Made by a program: the position numbers and the translations under genes
Assembly: GCA_963695345.1 (NCBI GenBank)
Contig: OY968769.1
Location: forward strand, 2,368,001-2,432,000
Origin: an uncultured Methanomassiliicoccales archaeon
Lineage (GTDB): Archaea; Thermoplasmatota; Thermoplasmata; Methanomassiliicoccales; UBA472
Reading direction: 5' to 3'
Length of the DNA: 64,000 nt
Shown: positions 30,418 to 41,777 of the stretch, piece by piece
How the letters are laid out: the number at the start of each line of letters is the position of its first letter
How positions within the stretch are numbered: the stretch's first letter is position 1
Notes under the pieces: model-generated
Seen by the model: only the letters and a program-made list of their open reading frames with translations
What the model was told of the DNA's origin: nothing
Databases searched by the model: none

Positions 30418-31137
30418 ATGCCGATCATCCATACCGAGGAAGTCAAGAAGACGTACGTCACCGGAAACGTCACCGTAGAGGCCCTTAAAGGGCTCAGCAT
30501 CGATATCGAAAAAGGCGAAATGGTAGCGATCATGGGTCCATCCGGGTGCGGGAAGACCACGCTGTTGAATTGCCTGTCAGGGATCGATGACGTGACCTCG
30601 GGCAAGATCCTGATCGATGGAAGCGACCTAACATCGATGAATGACGATGCCAAGACCAACTTCCGGGCCAAGAAGATGGGGTTCGTATTCCAATTCTACA
30701 ACCTACTGCCGGTACTGACCGCCAGCGAGAACGTGGAACTCCCGCTTCTGATCTGCGGCGAGGACCCCTCCGTGGCGAAGAGCAGGGCTATGGAGCTCCT
30801 CGAACTGGTAGGCCTCAAGGAAAGGGCGATCCTGAGGCCGGCGTCGCTATCGGGCGGTGAGAGGCAGAGGGTCACGATCGCCCGTGCCCTGGCGAACCGG
30901 CCAGCCCTGGTATGGGCGGACGAACCCACCGGAGACCTGGACAAGAAGACCGCCGACGACATCGTGGCATTGATGAGGCGGCTGAACAAGGACATCGGCG
31001 AAACGTTCGTCATCGTCACCCACGACCCTGAGGTGGGGGCGAAATGCGATCGCATCATCCACATGCGCGACGGACAGGTCGTTTCGACCAACGGCCACGT
31101 AGAGAACATCGCCCAAGAGATCAAAGAGATGGGGTGA
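30418..31137 (+). CDS. ABC exporter ATP-binding protein (LolD/MacB type)
   Basis: [30 protein letters not shown]. Confidence 0.95.
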   Translation: MPIIHTEEVKKTYVTGNVTVEALKGLSIDIEKGEMVAIMGPSGCGKTTLLNCLSGIDDVTSGKILIDGSDLTSMNDDAKTNFRAKKMGFVFQFYNLLPVLTASENVELPLLICGEDPSVAKSRAMELLELVGLKERAILRPASLSGGERQRVTIARALANRPALVWADEPTGDLDKKTADDIVALMRRLNKDIGETFVIVTHDPEVGAKCDRIIHMRDGQVVSTNGHVENIAQEIKEMG

Positions 31138-31141
31138 GCCT

Positions 31142-34100
31142 TTGAAGGTCCGGTCGATTCTGTTCCTGGTGATATCGGCTATCGCGCTGATGTCGCCATT
31201 CCTCCTATTGCCGATGGCCTTTGCCATGGTGGCCGCTGTCGGCGTACTCATAGTGCTGATCCTGGTCGACGCCAGCAGTAACCGGATATTGTTCCGCATG
31301 TCCATAAGGAACATCATCCGCCGTCCCGGGACGACCGCCCTGGTGATCGGTGGCCTGATGGTCGGGACCGCCATCATCTCCGCCTCCTTCGTGGTCGGGG
31401 ACACGATGGACAACATGATAACCGACCAGGTCACAAAGGGAATGGGCTTCGTTGATTTCGAGCTGCAGACCAGCAACGTCGGTTCGCTGGTCTATTACAA
31501 TTCTACCGAGATCGCACCCCTGACAACGAACATCAGCTCGACACCGCACGTCCGGGCCGTGGACACTCTCATCCTCGCCTCGGTGCCGTTGGTGGATTCA
31601 AGGACACGTCTGTCCTCGCCATCGGTGGTATTGATAGGTCTGGACAGCAGCACCGTCTCCAATTTCGGAGGGTTTGTCGATCAGGATGGATCGCAGGTCG
31701 TATCGTCACCGACGATCGGTACCATCATCCTCAATCAGAAGGCGGCGGTGGACCTCAATGCCAAGGTCGGAGATGCGATCATCGTATACTCACCGAACAT
31801 TGTGGACAAGAACGACCTGGTCAACAACTCCATGATCGTGACCGTGGAACGCATCGTTACCGCCGATGGATTGGGCGGGTTCAATTCGAACTCCAATGTC
31901 TTCATGAGCCTTGAGCAGGCCCAGGCCCTGACCCATAACGCTGGCAAAGTGAATACCGTCTTCGTTTCCGTCGAGCCAAAGGGAAACGACCCCTTCGGTT
32001 ATTCGGTCCAGGTCAGGAACGAGATCACCGGCAGCATCGCGGATGCAATGCCGGGAACCGGAATGGAGATCAGCCTGGACAAGAAGGAGATGCTCGACAG
32101 CGGTCGCAGCGACCTCAGCCAGTTCACTTCGATGTTCTTTGTCCTGGGATCGTTCTCGGTCATCGCCGGCATGCTCCTGATCGTCAACATCTTCACAATG
32201 CTGGGCGAGGAACGCAAGAGCGAGATGGGGATGTCCCGCGCCATCGGCATGAAGAGGACCCACCTGAGAAAGCTTTTCGTCTACGAAGGTCTGGTTTACG
32301 CTTGCGTGGCAGCCGGGGTGGGGATGATAGTAGGCGTTCTCATGGCAGGCCTCATAATCCTCGGGATCTCCGGCATGCCGATGTTCGGCGACACCAACCT
32401 GAGCAATTACTTCACGTTCTCCTTCTTCTCCCTGGCCATCTCATTCGCCGCCGGGTTCATGATCACCATCGTGACCGTCTACTTCGTGACCCGGAGGATA
32501 TCGAACCTGAACATCGTCCGGGCCATAAGGAACATACCGGAACCGGCGATCAGGAAGGAAGACAAGAAAGCATTCCGCATGGGGTTGGGCATGCTTGCCG
32601 GGGGCCTCATCCTGATGGTCCTGGGCATGCAGACCAAGAGCCTAGCCCCGGCGGCGGGCGGGCTTTCAATCATGGGCATGTCCTTGGGCCTGTTGCTGCG
32701 CCGTTTCATCGGGGACCGGCCGGCCTGGGTCATCGCCGGTGCCTCCGTCCTTTTCGTCTGGTTGCCCAAGGGCGATTTCGAGATATTCGATTATCCCTCG
32801 GGAATTGAGATGCTGATCGTCTCGGGGTTGTTCATGATCGTGGCGTGCCTGCTGATCGTGATGTTCAACTCCAAGATGTTCGTGTCTTTCTTCACCGCCA
32901 TATTCCGCTTCAAGAACGGATACCGGGCGGTCATCAAGACCTCGATATCGTACCCTCTGAAGGCACATTTCAGGACTGGCATCAGCATTTTCATCTTCGC
33001 CATCGTAATATTCACCATCACCGCCCTTTCGATGATGACCGGAATGCTGGGCGTGGGCATAACCAAGATGGTCAATGAGACCTCCGGAGGGTTCGATGTC
33101 ATCGGCTTCAGCGCGTCCCCGGTAACCTACGATCCGTGGGAGCACATAAACAACACCGCCGGTCCATTGGCAAAGGAGAATGTCTCGGTCATGGAGGCGT
33201 TGCCCACCACGAACGTTTTGGTGCAATATCTGAAGGCCTATCCTAACGGGACGGTCGAGGCGAAATCCTTCACCTATACCGTCACCGGAGTGAAGGCCAG
33301 CTTCAATCATCTGGGCAATTATCCGCTGACCGCCTGGAACGCCACCACCTATCCCACCCAGGAGGATGTATGGACGGCGGTCCAGCAGGACAGCTCACTG
33401 GTGATCCTGGACGGTTCCAAATATCCCTCCAGCAGCAATTTCGGGTTCATGGGCGGTGCTCAGAACACGCTCAACCTGGGGCAGCAGTTCGCCATGGTCT
33501 CGGGGGATGGCACGATGAAGAACGTGACCGTGATCGGGTTCATGAAACAGAGCAACCTCAACGGCGTGTTCATGTCCGAGTCGTCATTCAATGAGACGTA
33601 TCATCCCATCGGATACAGCCTGTTCCTGGTGACGTTCGCCTCCGGATTGGATGTGGATCATCAGGCGGCCCTGTTCAAGCAGGAGTTCGTGGCCTTCGGT
33701 GTACAGACCATCGCCATCAAGACCTTGGCAAAGCAGATAACCGGGACCATCGACAGCTTCATGACGCTGTTCCAGGCCTTCCTGAGCATGGGCCTGGTCA
33801 TCGGGGTGTCCGGGCTCGGCATAATCACCATCCGGTCGATCCACGAGAGGAGGCTGGAGATCGGAATGATGCGCGCCATGGGCTATACCCGGCGCATGGT
33901 GGTCATGAACTTCGCCATCGAATCGGCCTTCATTTCAGCCCTGGGGATTGCCATCGGGTCGGCCCTGGGGATCGTGGTGGGATACGACATCTGGAACCTG
34001 TTCCTCAAGGACATGGGGATGGACTTCGTGATCGCCTGGGTGCCGATCGTGGCATTGGGCCTGGCGGCTTTCTTGGCCACCGTCCTTTGCGTCATCCCGG

Positions 34101-34153
34101 CGGCACGCGGGGCGTCCAAGGTGGCCCCGGCAGAGGTCCTGCGCTTCGAGTGA
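31142..34153 (+). CDS. ABC exporter permease with two FtsX-like domains
   Basis: EERKSEMGMSRAIG and ERRLEIGMMRAMG motifs; many TM segments; PAEVLRFE C-terminus. Confidence 0.9.
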   Translation: MKVRSILFLVISAIALMSPFLLLPMAFAMVAAVGVLIVLILVDASSNRILFRMSIRNIIRRPGTTALVIGGLMVGTAIISASFVVGDTMDNMITDQVTKGMGFVDFELQTSNVGSLVYYNSTEIAPLTTNISSTPHVRAVDTLILASVPLVDSRTRLSSPSVVLIGLDSSTVSNFGGFVDQDGSQVVSSPTIGTIILNQKAAVDLNAKVGDAIIVYSPNIVDKNDLVNNSMIVTVERIVTADGLGGFNSNSNVFMSLEQAQALTHNAGKVNTVFVSVEPKGNDPFGYSVQVRNEITGSIADAMPGTGMEISLDKKEMLDSGRSDLSQFTSMFFVLGSFSVIAGMLLIVNIFTMLGEERKSEMGMSRAIGMKRTHLRKLFVYEGLVYACVAAGVGMIVGVLMAGLIILGISGMPMFGDTNLSNYFTFSFFSLAISFAAGFMITIVTVYFVTRRISNLNIVRAIRNIPEPAIRKEDKKAFRMGLGMLAGGLILMVLGMQTKSLAPAAGGLSIMGMSLGLLLRRFIGDRPAWVIAGASVLFVWLPKGDFEIFDYPSGIEMLIVSGLFMIVACLLIVMFNSKMFVSFFTAIFRFKNGYRAVIKTSISYPLKAHFRTGISIFIFAIVIFTITALSMMTGMLGVGITKMVNETSGGFDVIGFSASPVTYDPWEHINNTAGPLAKENVSVMEALPTTNVLVQYLKAYPNGTVEAKSFTYTVTGVKASFNHLGNYPLTAWNATTYPTQEDVWTAVQQDSSLVILDGSKYPSSSNFGFMGGAQNTLNLGQQFAMVSGDGTMKNVTVIGFMKQSNLNGVFMSESSFNETYHPIGYSLFLVTFASGLDVDHQAALFKQEFVAFGVQTIAIKTLAKQITGTIDSFMTLFQAFLSMGLVIGVSGLGIITIRSIHERRLEIGMMRAMGYTRRMVVMNFAIESAFISALGIAIGSALGIVVGYDIWNLFLKDMGMDFVIAWVPIVALGLAAFLATVLCVIPAARGASKVAPAEVLRFE

Positions 34154-34441
34154 TAGGCCAGGACGAAACCCCTTAACCATTTTTCAAAATGATCCACAGC
34201 TTAATGCTTAAAAAATGAAAAGATTGATGCCGGCTCCGTACTTTCTTGGGGGAAAGTGTGAAATTGGGGGGAGGAGTCTAATCGACGGAGTCGGCGAGTC
34301 AAGAAATTTCTTGGCTTTGATTGGACTTCCTTACTAGAACATAATAATATTATTCGCCTTATAAACCTGGTCAGACGGCTATCACTTATAGTATTGAACA
34401 TGGTCAATAATAATATCTTTTCCTTCCACAAGTTACTCCGA

Positions 34442-36190
34442 TCACACAAGCTGGCCGCAGCTAGCGCATTCGACCCCTCTGCCGCCTGCCGTGTAGACCT
34501 GTCCCGGTTTCGTACCTTCCCGATACACGGTTATGCCCTTGCAGCGCAGCTCATGCGCCAGAAGGTAGATGGCACGGACATCCTCGACGGTGCTTGATTC
34601 CGGCAGGTTGATCGTCTTCGACACCGCGTTGTCGACATATCTCTGGAAGATGGATTGCATCCTTACCTGCTTCTGAGGTTCGATGTCATGGGCGGTCACA
34701 AAGACATGCCTCAGGTCCTCCGGTACGGAACCGAGCTCCTGGATCGAGAACCGTTTCGACATCTGACGCAGCAGTTCATCGACATCCAGCCCTCTCTGGC
34801 CGACCGAGTCGATGAAGTAATGGTTCATCTCGTGAAGCGTCTCACCGTCGAGTACGTGCTTGTCATAGACCAGGGCGAAGAAAGGCTCGATCCCCGAGGA
34901 GCAGTTCGCTATCATGGATATGGTACCGGTGGGGGCGATGCTCAGGACCGTGGCATTCCGTCGGGGCGAATCGAAGTCGCTGGCCTCGATGTTCGGGAAG
35001 TCCCCGCGTTCCTCCGCTATCATCCGGGTGGTCCTTTCAGCCTGTTCCCGTACGGTCCTGATGATAAGCTCCGCCAGTTCCTCCGAGCTCCCTGAGCCGT
35101 ATCTTATGCCGAGCTTCGCCAGTGCGTCAGCGAACCCCATCACCCCCAGCCCCACCTTTCTGTTCCCCTTTACAACGACGTCGATCTGCTTCAGTGGGTA
35201 CCGGCTCGCGTCGATCACATTGTCCAGGAACCTTATCCCGGCATCCACGGTATCCTTCAGTTTCTCGATATCGAGCTGATATCCCCCCCTTATCCTCACC
35301 AGCATCCTGTCCAGGTTCACCGATCCCAGGTTGCACGCCTCGAAGGGCAGCAGGGGCACCTCGCCGCACGGATTGGTCGCCTCGATCTCCCCCAGCCGCG
35401 GGGTCGGGTTCGCCCGGTTGATCTCGTCCACGAAAATAATTCCCGGATCTCCCGTCATCCAGGCCCGGGAACATATGTCCCCCAGCAGCGATCCGGCATG
35501 GACCTCTCCCATGACCTTGGCGTTCCGGGGATTGATCAGCTCCTGTCGGCGTCCGTCGGAGGCCCGATGCATGAAGTCGTCGGTGACGCCAACCGAGATG
35601 TTGAAATTGGACAGGGTCTTGAGGTCCGCCTTGGCCCTGATGAATTCCTCGATGTCGGGATGATCGACACGAAGCATCCCCATGTTCGCCCCCCGGCGGC
35701 GCCCGCCTTGCTTGACCGCGTCGGTGGCGACGTCGAAGACCTTCATGAAGGATATCGGTCCCGACGCGTTCCCCCCGGTCGAGGCAACGAAATCACCCGC
35801 TGGCCGCAGCCGGGAGAAGGAGAATCCCGTACCTCCTCCGGTCTGGTGGATCACCGCCGCGAATTTCACCGCGTCGAATATGTGCTCGATCGAATCCTCC
35901 ACCGGGATCACGAAGCAGGCCGCCAGTTGCTGCATGGGGGTGCCGGCGTTCATGATCGTGGGGGAGTTGGGGAGGAATTCCAAGGACCGCATGATACGGT
36001 AGAACTCGGCCGCCTCCTTCTCTGCGTCCCTGTCCCGATGGTTATTGTCAACGGAGGCGACATTCCGCGCGATGCGCCGGAACATGTCCTCGGGTGTCTC
36101 AATGACCTCTCCCGCCCTGTTCTTCAGCAGATACCTTTTACGCAGCACGGTCAAAGCGTTCTCGCTGAGCTTGGGGAACTTCTCGGACAT
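34442..36190 (-). CDS. nrdJ: Class II (adenosylcobalamin-dependent) ribonucleotide reductase
   Basis: [56 protein letters not shown]-terminal CxxC. Confidence 0.93.
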   Translation of the reverse strand: MSEKFPKLSENALTVLRKRYLLKNRAGEVIETPEDMFRRIARNVASVDNNHRDRDAEKEAAEFYRIMRSLEFLPNSPTIMNAGTPMQQLAACFVIPVEDSIEHIFDAVKFAAVIHQTGGGTGFSFSRLRPAGDFVASTGGNASGPISFMKVFDVATDAVKQGGRRRGANMGMLRVDHPDIEEFIRAKADLKTLSNFNISVGVTDDFMHRASDGRRQELINPRNAKVMGEVHAGSLLGDICSRAWMTGDPGIIFVDEINRANPTPRLGEIEATNPCGEVPLLPFEACNLGSVNLDRMLVRIRGGYQLDIEKLKDTVDAGIRFLDNVIDASRYPLKQIDVVVKGNRKVGLGVMGFADALAKLGIRYGSGSSEELAELIIRTVREQAERTTRMIAEERGDFPNIEASDFDSPRRNATVLSIAPTGTISMIANCSSGIEPFFALVYDKHVLDGETLHEMNHYFIDSVGQRGLDVDELLRQMSKRFSIQELGSVPEDLRHVFVTAHDIEPQKQVRMQSIFQRYVDNAVSKTINLPESSTVEDVRAIYLLAHELRCKGITVYREGTKPGQVYTAGGRGVECASCGQLV

Positions 36191-36300
36191 CAATGTCTCG
36201 GTTGTTGCTCAAAGGGCATAAACCTATGGAACGATGCCCCACTTGAAAACCGGGTAGGGATTAAGTACTCCCCGAGCCCCTCTGGTCTCCGGTGTCTGGT

Positions 36301-36537
36301 ATGCGCTACGGGGCAAGCAGCAAACTCCCGCCTGAGAAAGTGATCGCCAAGGCCAAGGACTACTTTGGCAAGTCAGGGCTAAAGGTGGTCAGCGAGGGCT
36401 CCGGCAATGTCTGCATGGAAGGAGGGGGAGGAAGGGTCACCGTCTCCGCGTGTGGCGAGAACCAAAGCGAGGTCGACATCGAGACCACGGAATGGGACCA
36501 TCAGGTCAAGATGTTCATCCAGATGATCGGGGTCTAA
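36301..36537 (+). CDS. Small hypothetical protein
   Basis: About 78-aa ORF with EGGGG.V.V...ETTEWD motif and an upstream TATA-like element. Confidence 0.65.
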   Translation: MRYGASSKLPPEKVIAKAKDYFGKSGLKVVSEGSGNVCMEGGGGRVTVSACGENQSEVDIETTEWDHQVKMFIQMIGV

Positions 36538-37349
36538 ATCCGGAACAACCGCCCTGGCCTGGTCGCCCCGATCTCGGTGACGACCTCGGCGATCAACTCC
36601 AGCGGTGTCGGCTCGAACAGCTGGGTCCGTTCCGATATGCCGCCTTCGTTCCTCTGCTCGATGATCCAATCGGGCTTCAGCTCCGCGGTCACCTTCAGTG
36701 TGCTCGAAGCTACATAGGCGGGAATACCCGCCTGCACCGAAGCCAGGGTGATGGCGTACGTCCCCACCTTGTTTATCAACGCCTGGGGCGTTATGGCGTC
36801 GGCGCCGACGAGACACAGGTCGGCGTTCCTGGCCTCGGCGAAGACCATGGAATCTGTGACCAAAGCGATCTCGATCCCGGCTTTCGTGAGGATTTCCGCG
36901 GTCCTCCTCCCCTCCCCCAACGGGAACGACTCGGCCACAATGACCTTGATGTCCTTCTGCTTGGCTACCGTTTTCAGCACGTTCACGACAGTCCCCGAGT
37001 AGGACAGGGTTAGGACGGTGCCCTCCACCTTTTCCAGAATGTTATCGGCGATCCTGTTCGTCGCCGTCTTCTCATTGCTCATTATCCTCTCTATCGAAGC
37101 CAGCGCCGCCTTGTCCGGTTCTGGACCTTGGGATGCCGCCTCCAGGGACCTGGCGATGTTGCTCAACGGGGCCATCGCTGGCTTGGCCTGCCTCAGTAGT
37201 TTCGAGAAACCGAGCAGCTGTTCACCGCTGGCCTCACTGTTGCTGAGAATATCATGAAGCGCCTTCAGGACATAGATGGCTGTCTCAGATGATCCGGAGA
37301 TCGAATCACCTTTCACCTTTTCAGCGAGCGCTTCAAGTTCTGTCGGCAT
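36534..37349 (-). CDS. eIF-2B alpha/beta/delta family protein
   Basis: D..SGS.E, PAMAPL, LTLSYS.TV, ES.P..EG, VGADA, NKVGT, FEPTP. Confidence 0.88.
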   Translation of the reverse strand: MPTELEALAEKVKGDSISGSSETAIYVLKALHDILSNSEASGEQLLGFSKLLRQAKPAMAPLSNIARSLEAASQGPEPDKAALASIERIMSNEKTATNRIADNILEKVEGTVLTLSYSGTVVNVLKTVAKQKDIKVIVAESFPLGEGRRTAEILTKAGIEIALVTDSMVFAEARNADLCLVGADAITPQALINKVGTYAITLASVQAGIPAYVASSTLKVTAELKPDWIIEQRNEGGISERTQLFEPTPLELIAEVVTEIGATRPGRLFRI

Positions 37350-37429
37350 GTGCGCACGAATGTGATTCGTAAATATGAATGATGTCGATTCTTTAGAAGA
37401 AAGGAAAACGGAAAGAGAGGGCGATCGCC

Positions 37430-37903
37430 CTAAACCGTCGGATATACGACCTCGTCGGATGCCTTCTCCAGGGCATTGAGGCTTGTCTGATAGTGGTTCT
37501 TGGGGTCAAGGCTGATGATGAAATTGGCTTCACTGGCCTGCATCTCCTTCTGTACTTTCTTGATCACTTCGAGCACAGGCCGCGTCCCGTTCCACATCTC
37601 CAGCACATCGACCCCATTGAGCACGACTATGCCGTCCTGGTTCTGTCTCAAGAAATCCTTGACGTTCTCCTCGAACTTCGCCAGGTTCATCGGGGGAATG
37701 CAGCTATTCTCCGGCCTTGGGGTAAGCCATTTGGTCTGCAGCGGGTCCGAACACAGGCTGAACTGGGTCCCCAATTGGCTTGGCGAATGCTTCGATATGT
37801 ATAAAGCTGCCCGTCCTCGCGCCAGTTCCTTTCTCAGCAGCTGATGCGTTCTCAATGGCACTCTCTCCTCGATCAAATATAACTTTCCTGATGAGATCCT
37901 CAC
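37430..37903 (-). CDS. DUF835 domain protein
   Basis: LYISKHSP, WLT, IPP.NL, VVLNGVDVL..WNG, ISLDP. Confidence 0.75.
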   Translation of the reverse strand: MRISSGKLYLIEERVPLRTHQLLRKELARGRAALYISKHSPSQLGTQFSLCSDPLQTKWLTPRPENSCIPPMNLAKFEENVKDFLRQNQDGIVVLNGVDVLEMWNGTRPVLEVIKKVQKEMQASEANFIISLDPKNHYQTSLNALEKASDEVVYPTV

Positions 37904-38185
37904 AAACTCCTCTCCTTCACGCTGCTATAGCTTACGTTAGTGTCTTGATACTAGTTGCCCGAGTTCTTATCGGAAAATCCGTAATATTCCGTAAAGATAA
38001 CGAAAAAATTATGGTTTGCGGCGGAATAAAGGCCAATAGTATTGAAAACATGTCGGAATCTTAAAATGAAGGAACCAGTGCCAGGTATGAAAGGTCAATC
38101 CCTTTCGGGCCGGGTTTGCCGGAAGGGTCTTGTCCGCTGATTCCGCGATTGCGGCGATATTTCGTTATTTATGAGAAATCGTTGT

Positions 38186-38484
38186 GCCAGGTGAGGGTAG
38201 TAGTCCCCTTTCTGTTTCAGGCAGCATTCAACTTAGCGCCCTACCTGCCAGTCCTGAGCTGTCATTCCGGCTGTTTGGGCTTGCTCCTGTGAGGTGTCGC
38301 CGTTTCACCAAATCCCCGGGAACGTCACCGTCTAGCGGATCATTCTATTGATCGGGGCTGTGTCGTTTCTGCGCCCTTGCCCGGGCTCTCGCCCGACCGC
38401 TTGTGCAGTCCACATTTCTCATGGAGTGGGGAACTTCCTCAGCTGGACCGAAGTCCTACCGTCAGCCGCCCTCCCTCTCCTGGC
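38186..38484 (-). ncRNA. rnpB: Archaeal RNase P RNA
   Basis: Minus strand: P1 GCCAGG-AGAGGG/CCCTCACCTGGC, CR-I GAGGAAGTTCCCC, CAGAAACG, GGAGCAAG, GAATGCTGCC, CR-V AACAGAAAGGGGACTA. Confidence 0.92.
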
Positions 38485-39182
38485 AATCGTTCTGAAGTAA
38501 AGCGAGTATTAATAATTCACCTTCATGGCCGCTGTGGCCAACTATCGTCAGCAGGAGGCAGCACTTGTTCCCTATCCGCTTCAAGGGTGGAAGAAACGTT
38601 CGTATGATCATGTGAAATGAACAATCATTCGTCGCAAAAACGAAGCATGAGAACGGACCGATGTATCGTAACATTTCCTTTTTCTTGGAATCTGACAACA
38701 AGATAACGAATGACAATAGCCAGTTAACCTAGCTCTTAATATCAATAGTGATAACAGCCTGCCGAGGTTTATAAGGAGAAAAGGTGGATTGGCATTTGGG
38801 AAGTCCAATCAAAAAGGTAAGACAAACCTTAACCGACTTCGTAGATTGCGATTCTCCTCCTCCTCCAATTTGTAGTCAAAGGAACGAAGTCGGTACTTTT
38901 TTCCCGGTCTTGGCAGGCTTGCAAGTCCCTCAAGGCAAATGGATCCGGCCTTCGCATTCAATAGCTACATCAAAGCGAACAAAGCCGCTGCTTCCAGGCA
39001 TCTACGGCTCCAGGAATTTAGTGATGTTTTCCAGCTTTGGGCCCATTTCGCGGGCTCTTTCTAATTATTCAACCAACATAAGGTTCTGGCACGATTCTCT
39101 CGCCTCGTTCGGGCGGAATTTCGAGTTTTTCTCCATCATGGGACTCCATTTCTTTATCAAGCCATTGTTGTGTCCAATAATT

Positions 39183-39347
39183 ATGAGCAATGATGAAGTG
39201 AAAGGAAAGGGAAAACAAATCGAAGGTAAGGTCCGAGAAGAAGTTGGAAAATTAACGGGCAATAAGACAGAACAGGTCAAAGGCAAGATACAACAGGTGG
39301 AAGGGAAGGTTCAAGAGGAAATCGGGAAGGCGAAGAGAAAGTTATAG
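39183..39347 (+). CDS. csbD: CsbD-family stress protein
   Basis: MSNDEVKGKGKQIEGKVREEVGKLTGN..EQVKGK.QQVEGKVQE.IG. Confidence 0.88.
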   Translation: MSNDEVKGKGKQIEGKVREEVGKLTGNKTEQVKGKIQQVEGKVQEEIGKAKRKL

Positions 39348-39483
39348 AATCGTCTCCACATGGATTGGTTGGTAATAGCAAAGATAGCAGGGGTGTTGGG
39401 GCTCTTTGCGTTGTGATCACGTTCCACACCCCTATGGCCAACTCAATGGATATCTCGTTGGTCGTTTACTAACATCATTACCG

Positions 39484-39633
39484 CTAGAAGATGAATGCCA
39501 GGACCGCTATGATGATGAAGATGATAATTAACCATTTCGCAGCGGACAATGAGAATCCTGCTACATTACGAGCTCCCAAAATGGCGGCTACGACTGCCAG
39601 TATGATGAACAGAACAGCTAATTCCAATATCAT
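39484..39633 (-). CDS. DUF1328 (UPF0391) small membrane protein (49 aa; not in the ORF track)
   Basis: [49 protein letters not shown]; GGGGA SD. Confidence 0.8.
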   Translation of the reverse strand: MILELAVLFIILAVVAAILGARNVAGFSLSAAKWLIIIFIIIAVLAFIF

Positions 39634-39814
39634 TTTTCTTTATCCCCTAATATTTTCCAGTCAATAGTTGGGGTGAGCTTTACTTAATTTCGACCTAATA
39701 ATTAAGCGGGAAAATGCGATGTAAATAAGAAATGAGCGTAATAATTCAATTTTCAGCGATATTTCAACGCCGGCCACATTCATTGATGGAAACGGATGTC
39801 GAGGGGTCTGAACA

Positions 39815-40042
39815 TCATTTACTTTTTTGAATTTTCTTAATGTCCTTCTCGGTGGCTTTCCCTTTAATTTTGGGGTTATCCGAGATATCCTTGATTTCAC
39901 TCTTTTCTCCCTTCTGAATATCCTCAATCTCTTTTTCGATGATCCTCTTCTTCACTGTAGCATCCTCCTCATCATTCCACTTTCCCTTACGAATATCCTC
40001 GATTTGTTTCTCCTTGAGTTTTCTCTTATCTTCTTCCTTCAT
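39815..40042 (-). CDS. Small K/E-rich hypothetical protein
   Basis: GGTGA SD before ATG 40042; internal repeat EKQIEDIRKG / EKEIEDIQKG. Confidence 0.55.
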   Translation of the reverse strand: MKEEDKRKLKEKQIEDIRKGKWNDEEDATVKKRIIEKEIEDIQKGEKSEIKDISDNPKIKGKATEKDIKKIQKSK

Positions 40043-40442
40043 CCTGTTCACCTTATTGAAAAGAGGCAACACTCCAATGCGTCAATTCCAGATATTAGTC
40101 GGAATTATTTCCTATTTAAGAATAATCAGTCCTAAACTACCACTTCTGAGCAAAAGTTCGTTGATGGAGCGCGTCATTTCCAGAGACATTGGCAAACGGC
40201 GAACGGATATCCCTATAACCATCTGATGATGGATAGATTCGGCTTTCACCCACAGAAGTCACCATGGTGGAATGTTAGAGTTCATTGACAGTTGACATCA
40301 AACGGATATAGGATTGAACCGGGAATATATCCTTACCCAGAAGCTGATGTCATAAGGTAAACTCAAAGAATGTTCAGCAGTCATGGTTCTTTTTTCCTTC
40401 CCACTTTCATTTATATAATCAACCATTTCCATCCGACTGTGC

Positions 40443-40847
40443 ATGGTAGAGCTAACGATGGAGATGATGGAGATCGTCAAAGCGACGAGGATTTTCCCTT
40501 TGGCGACCGCATCAAAGGATTGCGATCCAAACGTGGTTCCAGTAGGTTCGGTCTTCCTGATAGACCCAGAAACGATCTGGATTGGCAATCAGTTTATGAA
40601 ACAGACACTTGAGAACCTCCAGGAAAACCCAAAGGCATGTCTGTATGCGTGGGGCCCTGAGACGAAAGGCTGCCTGAAGATTAAGGGCACGGTGGTCGTG
40701 CACACAAGCGGTCCAGACTACGATAAGATGAAAGATATGGTCAGGGCAAGGAGGGCGGACCTTGTATGCAAGGCATTGCTAGAGTTCAAGGTTACCGAGG
40801 TCTACAACTGCAAGAGCGGGCCAGGAGCCGGAAGCAAATTGTTGTAG
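40443..40847 (+). CDS. Pyridoxamine 5'-phosphate oxidase-like FMN-binding protein
   Basis: LATASK..PNVVP, FMKQTLENL.ENP, IKG, GP.AG. Confidence 0.87.
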   Translation: MVELTMEMMEIVKATRIFPLATASKDCDPNVVPVGSVFLIDPETIWIGNQFMKQTLENLQENPKACLYAWGPETKGCLKIKGTVVVHTSGPDYDKMKDMVRARRADLVCKALLEFKVTEVYNCKSGPGAGSKLL

Positions 40848-41097
40848 GGTTCTCTATTCGATATTATTCGCTGAGTTTGTTCAGAATCGGCTTCGAGGCA
40901 ATCTTCTTGAAATCTTCTACAGTCTGTTCTGTCTTCCCCTCGTCGATCGGCATCTTGTTGATCCAATGAGCCAAATTCCTTGATTGATCCATATTTATCG
41001 GCTGATGATTGGTCAACGACCAGACGATGAACTCCACCAGCGTGACCCACTTCCTTGGGCAAACATTAATAACCGAAGCCAACATTCGGCAGTTTAA

Positions 41098-41181
41098 GCG
41101 GGGATAGCCAAGCATGGCCAACGGCGCTAGATCGAGGGTCTAGTCCCTAGCGGTCCAAGGGTTCAAATCCCTTTCCCCGCA
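41098..41181 (+). tRNA. tRNA-Leu(GAG)
   Basis: Acceptor GCGGGGA/TCCCCGC+A, anticodon stem CTAGA/TCTAG with loop TC-GAG-GG, long variable arm, T-loop GGTTCAAATCC. Confidence 0.92.
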
Positions 41182-41271
41182 CTCTAATTCTTAATTCATC
41201 CATATGTGATTTCACCTCAAATCAACAAGACCAAACAGATTTTAAATTCGGGTAGTTAAAATTGACATTTC

Positions 41272-41661
41272 ATGCGGATCGAATTGACCAGTGTGTTCGT
41301 TAATGATCAAGGGAAAGCACTGAAGTTCTATACCGAGATTCTGGGCTTCGTCAAGAAATCTGACATCAAGGCCGGAGAATACAGATGGCTGACGGTGGTT
41401 TCTCCGGAGAAACCGGATGGTTCCCAGTTACTTCTTGAACCAAACGAGAATCCCGCCGCAAAGACATATCAGGAGGCTATCTTCAGCCAAGGTCTCAGTG
41501 CAGCCATGTTCTTTGTAGACGACATTAGAAGGGAATACGATAGGTTGAAGAAACTCGGAGTCAGGTTCAGCTTGGAGCCGACAAATGTTACTGGCTCAAC
41601 GATCGCTGTGCTTGATGACACCTGCGGCAACCTTTTACAGATAACACAATTGCATTATTAG
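41272..41661 (+). CDS. VOC/glyoxalase family protein
   Basis: SVFVNDQ.KAL.FYTE.LGF, RWLTV, DDTCGNLLQI. Confidence 0.9.
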   Translation: MRIELTSVFVNDQGKALKFYTEILGFVKKSDIKAGEYRWLTVVSPEKPDGSQLLLEPNENPAAKTYQEAIFSQGLSAAMFFVDDIRREYDRLKKLGVRFSLEPTNVTGSTIAVLDDTCGNLLQITQLHY

Positions 41662-41777
41662 TTCGGCCGGTATGGCACTATGAACGCTGGCTTAATCGAT
41701 ATTATCCGAGGCGCATTATTTGATGTTTTGACATTGAGCTCATGCGGCTGCCAATTGTACGGCATCCAATCATCGCT

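Noticed and set aside
38100-38128. GC hairpin CCCTTTCGG...CCGGAAGGG downstream of rnpB
   Set aside because: A single hairpin, probably a terminator or processing element; not enough evidence for a separate RNA.
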